A stretch of DNA of 54,284 bases, filler included, from Sphacelaria rigidula (taxonomy: Eukaryota): NCBI GenBank assembly GCA_964200075.2. It is 4 parts of 4 records of this genome, joined end to end, with 100 filler letters (N's around TTAATTAATTAA, not from the genome) between each part and the next. Parts side by side here need not be neighbours in the genome. Positions count along the whole stretch, not along the records: positions 40,790 to 54,284 come from CAXNAA020002847.1; 3 more parts are not named here. The stretch is one strand, 5' to 3'. The translations under genes were made by a program, and so were the position numbers. The notes under the pieces were generated by a model that was not told where the DNA came from, searched no databases, and was given only the letters and a program-made list of their open reading frames with translations. Shown piece after piece: positions 49,701-54,284 of the stretch (position 1 is its first letter; every line of letters begins with the position of its first letter).

Positions 49701-52700
49701 AAGTTGATTGATGGTATTTAGCCGGCTGGTAGGTGATGGTCACGCCTTCTTATTAGACACTGTTGGAGGATGTCGGGATGGAGCAGAGTAAAACTAAGCT
49801 CTGCGTGTCAAAGATAGAAGGTAGGTGTATTGAATTAATGATAGTTGTACATGTTGATATCCTGGTTGGTGGGGAAGATGAGAAGTTAGATATGGTATAA
49901 AAGGTCCTTGACGGAAAAAATTCCCACCAACAACTTTGTGGCCTTAGATGGTACATGAGGTGGGTGATAGACAGAGTGGGACAGCGACACGCTATCCACC
50001 ACTCAACCCACGGTCATGGACACACTGTTGAAACCCTTCGAGGTCGCACATTTCTTGGATATCCCTATCTCAACTTCTGCAGACTTGGGGCCAACACCGG
50101 GTATTGTAGAGACGCGGTTGTGTATCACTTGTATCGTAATGCTGTGGGAGGGCAGTATACATTTCGAGCTGTGACACGCCAATCCCATGACCCATGTGGA
50201 AGACACTGCGACGGCGTGCTCAAAGTGTTGGCATATCTGAATGGGACCAGCGAGTATGGGTTGACGCCGACACAAGAGAGACATGTGCTTTCTATGTACT
50301 GTGCTTCAGATTGTGCCGAGAAGAGAACATACAGATATTCGGTGTCGGGGATAGAGGTATTGTATGGGGAGTGCGGTAGTGTCTCCAACTAGTCGGACTC
50401 AACACTGCTGTGACTACGTTGTCAACTATCAAACTTTGTCAACTACCAAGGCCCAATATTTCGTGATGGCCGAAGGGGCAAAAGGGTGGATGTTTGCAGA
50501 GGCGGTTTGGTTGTTTTTACGGCCAAGGGCTGTGTCGGTGCGTGTGAAGGAGTGCGCGACAGTTCTTCACGAGGACAACAAGGGGGCCGAGGCCTTGGCA
50601 CAAAGCTCCCTCAGTTTTGGTCGCAGCAAACACATAGGCGTAAGCTGGCATTTCATTCAGGGCTTGGTGAGGATGGAAGAGGTAAAGATCATGCATGTAT
50701 ATTCAGGATGGCAGAATGCTGACATCCTACCGAAACCTCTCTCAGTGACGTTGTCTAAGAGGCACTGACGCGCCTTGATGAATCAGGGGGATGACAAGTA
50801 GGCGCATGTAGCTTTCCGTTCTGTCTAGAGATGTTTTGACTCAAGGCGTTTCAAGTTTTGGTTCACGTAATGCATTTGTGCGTATGTTGGGCGAAGCCAC
50901 CCACGATACTTTAAGGGGCAAGGGTTTGCAGGGCGTTCCTTTGCAGCAATACATGCATCTGCCCTGACCGGCGTCTACGAAAGAGCCGCTGTGTTTGAGG
51001 TCAGGCATTTGAATTAAATTAGAGTAAGGTTTTGCTCCGAAGGCCGAGTTTCCCCCTCAATGATCACAGAGTCTCGTCACTGATGTACCAGATCATGAGG
51101 GATGTTCCCGTGAATAGGTACAGTCAGTGGGACCTCCGTAGATGTCGGGGGGATCAGGCTGATGTGCGGGTCTTGACAGCCAAGCGTGTGTGAAGATAGA
51201 CTTGCACGATAGTCGACAACTGTGCCCCGTCTGATCTTTTTCACTCTTCTTCAGCAACCCACTCTTGCGTCTCAGCTCTACTTGGGCACTCTTTCATCCG
51301 ACAATATGAAATAATCTATTCTTCGCCAGGGGCCACCGAATATGATTATCACAAAACCAAACATAAAAAGGCTGATTGAGAACTACGAACGAACGACGGA
51401 CTGGGCTATCTCGTCATCATCATGTGCCAACTCTTGTACGATGGGTGCTTTGTCGTTGGTTGCCAACACACACCGCATTTTCGCGCTGTGAGCTTGCAAA
51501 TTTGCTTGGGCCCAAACCGTACAAAACGGGCGAATTTGCCCTGGGTCATTTCACTTCTACTCGTCGGTCCATATATTTTATAAGACACGCCCTTAGCGTC
51601 CATCAATGCCATCAAATATCATTCTCCAAGAATTCGTGGGGGACTACTATCACGGGCAAATCTTGGAACAGGAAACACATGCAGTCGAAAATCCAATGCT
51701 AGTAAAAAATGATGCTCTAGCTGAGCAACTTCGCTCTATTCGCCAGCACTACCCTATTTGCAGCACACGATGTAGTCAGTGGTCCTGGTCTCTGACTCAT
51801 GCAGTGCCGTCTTGTGGTAGATGGCCGATCATCTGTTTGCGTTTCTATTATGCGAATACTACCAGTACAACTAGTAAATATAGAGTAATCTGTTGCATCT
51901 CGCGACCAAGGTTGAAGACAGTTAGGCTGTACCCGCTATGCTATACCACCATATGCACAGCTCTACGTAGCACATCTTGGGGACAACGGTCACGCACCAA
52001 CAACCGTAACCTACACGCCAAACACACACACGCCACCTCATGAATGTTACCTCGAAATAGTCGGCGCTGGACGTTGATGCACGATCGTAACCGCGGGTAG
52101 TACAATCGCTCAAGCTGCTCCGCCGTCCAGCTCAAGGGTGCCCCTGCCTGCGGAAGGATATCAACATACCTCGAGAGATGAGAAGCTTCTCCCAAAGCTT
52201 TCTCCTTCAATAACCGCACGCCAAGCCTCACCCACCATGGACAGCGTTCCCACGCTTCCATAGATAGCGGCTCAGGCGGCGGCAAGCTGTTAGCGTGGGA
52301 CGGGATCATGTACTCCACAAGAGTCGACGATAGCGGAAGAGTAACGAGCGGCTCCCAGGGCCGCACCGCGCTGGTGGTCATGAGTCCGCGCAGCCCGTCG
52401 AAACTAGCGTGTGATAGGCGAATCTTGGCCTCACCATTTTCTCCGTTAATACTTGTCCGTGATATCCACTCCTCAAAAAGTTGAACTTGTGAGTCAAGCG
52501 GAGCCAACGGGCGTCCAGGTGATTCCTCCGCTTCATAAGGGGTGTTGTCTGGCGTATCAACTGCTTCTCCAGGTGTTGCTGTTGCTTCCAGCTGATGCCG
52601 GCCGTATCGACCCCCTCCTCGAAAGACATTTTTCTTCGTGAAGATATTCAGTGTTCCTGATGGCAATGACCAGTACTCTGGTCTCGATTGGTAGTTGCTT

Positions 52701-52915
52701 GCTGTAGCGCAGTGATGGTGGACCCGTTGTCGTGTAGATAGCGTTGCACTTGGCGATGGTGATCCAAAAGCGACGGGAGAGGATACCGTACATCCTCCCG
52801 TTACAGCAGTAGGAACAAAAGCTACTGTGCGGCTAAGGTACGTGAGATATGTTAGGATTAACGCTGGCAAAGCTGCAGTGTTGTTCAGGCTACGGCCGTG
52901 ATGCGACGACAGCAT
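43142..52915 (-). CDS. Plastid-targeted SET-domain protein lysine methyltransferase (Rubisco LSMT-like); join(52915-52051, 45089-44727, 44432-44284, 43738-43142), 657 aa
   Basis: All three introns are GT-AG with compatible phases (1,1,0), giving 1974 nt open to TGA. Motifs: LRGLMTT, YVDILP, FDWALECVLSRAF, LLPVIDSLNH, SYG..SNDDLLQYYCFV. Hydrophobic N-terminus followed by TVA|FVP. Confidence 0.9.
44284..44432 (-). CDS. SET/LSMT-like gene exon 3
   Basis: Acceptor TTTTTCCAG|TG; donor AAG|GTGAGG; encodes FLSYGMVSNDDLLQYYCFVERQNPSD. Confidence 0.9.
44727..45089 (-). CDS. SET/LSMT-like gene exon 2
   Basis: Acceptor TTTTGCCGTCAG|GT; donor GCGG|GTAAGT; encodes FDWALECVLSRAF and LLPVIDSLNH. Confidence 0.9.
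45173..45270. mobile_element. 98-bp piggyBac-type MITE (PB-B) in intron 1
   Basis: TTAA|CCCTTGCACGGCGAGAGTAG ... CTACCCTCGCGGTTCAAGGG|TTGA. Confidence 0.8.
45971..46382. mobile_element. PB-B MITE copy carrying an inserted CAAT-tailed retroposon fragment
   Basis: CCCTTTGACCGCGAGGGTA...TCTGTTGAATCGG at the left and CCACCCTGGCGGTAGAAGGG at the right. The internal segment ends GCGACAATCAATCAAATCAA. Confidence 0.65.
48643..51303 (+). mobile_element. Old, internally deleted Ty1/copia element (LTRs ~48643-48843 and ~51103-51303; RT-RNaseH remnants) in intron 1
   Basis: Diverged ~200-bp direct repeats (AGTCAGTGGGA..CGTAGATG..GGCTGATGTG...TCTTCAGCAACC...GTCTCAGCTCTA.TTGGGCACT). RT PEGANVITVK*VF...LVAQGFGQ. 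RNase H LSTTKAQY, EDNKGA, SKHI..WHFI, NADILPKPL. Confidence 0.88.
52051..52915 (-). CDS. SET/LSMT-like gene exon 1, including bipartite signal and transit peptide
   Basis: ATG at 52915; signal-like LPALILTYLTYL, cleavage-like TVA|FVP, Ser/Thr/Arg-rich transit region; donor CGAG|GTAAC at 52050. Confidence 0.9.
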
Positions 52916-52999
52916 GATGAGCTAGATACTGACAACTTCTACTTGTAGAAGAGCGCGCAGGGATATTCAAAAAAGAAAATAGTCACAAAAGGGTATACA

Positions 53000-53575
53000 C
53001 CCACTGCCCAACGTTCAGCCCCCCCGAAAGGGGTACGCCAAAGGAGAGGGCTGAATTGCGTTGGCTCAGAAGGCTACACATCGGGGTGTTTTTCCTCGTG
53101 TGCCCCGTGAGCCCTCTTGAGTTCCCGAAAAAGGGTTTTGTGGGATTCAAATCGCAGCGCTAAAGACAGCGCTGGCGATGAAAAAGGCAGGCTTCCGCTT
53201 GTGGTCGAGGTGCACCCCTCACGCCGCCTGGTGCGGTGTATGTGTGTTGCTGTCTCTTTTCTTTTTCCCTCACACTTTGAATCCCTCCCCTTCCTCGGGA
53301 TCAATCCGTGATCTCGAGGGATCAACCCATCTCTCCCCCGGTACGTGCCTTTCATTTTGGTCCCGCGGATTGGGTCAGCACTNNNNNNNNNNGCACTCCC
53401 GCACCGCGTCAACTCACGTCACGCAAACCCAGTCGACTACTTCGTATAATCACGTTTTCACGCTTTCCACGGTGGAAATCACACATCACGGAGAAAAAAC
53501 CCAACGCATTGGGAATCGAACCCCCGTTCTCTCCACCTCAATGGCGACAGTCGGACCATTACACCACCGGGGTGT
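53000..53575 (-). mobile_element. tRNA-headed SINE-like element just upstream of the SET gene (3' boundary uncertain)
   Basis: Minus strand ACCCCGGTGGTGTAATGG (A box) ... GGGTTCGATTCCC (B box), without a complete cloverleaf. Confidence 0.6.
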
Positions 53576-53584
53576 CATGCATGC

Positions 53585-53830
53585 CATATATTCTTGACGC
53601 CAGTCTAGACCATTCGGTATAATATGTGGGCGCATCAGCCGGGGTCAAACAGGAGGAAGGCCGACACATGAGGGTTTTTTGTTCATGCTGTTTTAGTTCT
53701 CCAGGTTCCTCCTGTGGTGTGCTTTCCTTGTTTTCTATCGCGAGAGGGGTTCCGCGGTCCTCTTCCCTCGTCGACCGTGTAGTCGAATCTTTTTCTTTCG
53801 GGTGTGAATTCACGACATAGTCGATTGCTG
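53585..53830 (-). mobile_element. 3' body of the SINE family seen at 17526-17892
   Basis: Minus strand GACTATGTCG...ATTCGACT..GTCGACGAGGGAA...CCTTCCTCCTGTTTGACCCCGGCTGATGCGCCCACATAT. Confidence 0.8.
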
Positions 53831-53997
53831 TTATTGGAAATGGTGCGAGAGTGCCCCCCCCCCCCAAATCCGAGCCCCTATTATGCCCCTTTTATGAATC
53901 CTGGAGTTTTTCGGGGGGGAGGGGGGGGATACTAATTCCCATACATGAATAAAAATAAAATAATACTAATAAAACATACATGAAAAAAAAACCGTGT

Positions 53998-54277
53998 TCA
54001 TGAAGCTTTGATTCTTCGTATACCTTCCGAGCCAAGGCCAAGTTATATTGATGAGTTTCGGCAATGCATGGCACATCATCACACTTCCACGACAAGAACA
54101 AGACCAGACAAATACCACAATGCTCTGCAATGCTTGCTCAATCAAGCTAAATGCATCTATCTGCACCGACAATCTGCGTCCAATTTGGTCGCATATCGTG
54201 GCGGCAGATAGGGCCAACAATCATGGGCGCTACCTCACCCAAGTCGCCCCAAAATGGCTATTTATCGAGTTTTTCTT
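53998..54277 (-). repeat. Second copy of the dispersed repeat at 7229-7506
   Basis: Direct sequence match in reverse complement. Confidence 0.9.
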
Positions 54278-54284
54278 AATGGGA

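Noticed and set aside
51941..52050. Last 36 aa of ORF 51941-52915
   Set aside because: They lie beyond the CGAG|GTAAC donor; intronic read-through.

Overview
Repeat-dense eukaryotic DNA, most likely from a brown alga or other photosynthetic stramenopile. This is inferred from an ASAFAP-type bipartite plastid presequence, GT-AG introns and CCCTAA telomere-type motifs. The window is not contiguous genome: it holds four ~13.5-kb scaffolds (1-13498, 13599-27094, 27195-40689, 40790-54284) joined by artificial 100-nt N44-TTAATTAATTAA-N44 linkers. One intact host gene can be reconstructed: a 4-exon minus-strand gene (52915-43142, 657 aa, all splice phases compatible) for a plastid-targeted Rubisco-LSMT-like SET-domain lysine methyltransferase, with a ~7-kb TE-filled first intron. 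The rest is mostly decayed mobile DNA: a Helitron RepHel fragment, two Ty1/copia remnants, a rearranged Ty3/gypsy element (CCCH finger in Gag, in-frame TGA before the protease, WLDD RT motif), a LINE family whose 3' ends abut poly(C), tRNA-derived SINEs, and TTAA piggyBac-type and hAT/P-like MITEs. The most distinctive item is a TGT...ACA, 5-bp-TSD TIR family. It occurs as short telomere-repeat-carrying copies, including one nested in itself, and as a 1.2-kb foldback palindrome. Several decayed coding-like stretches could not be assigned. All alignments were made by eye.
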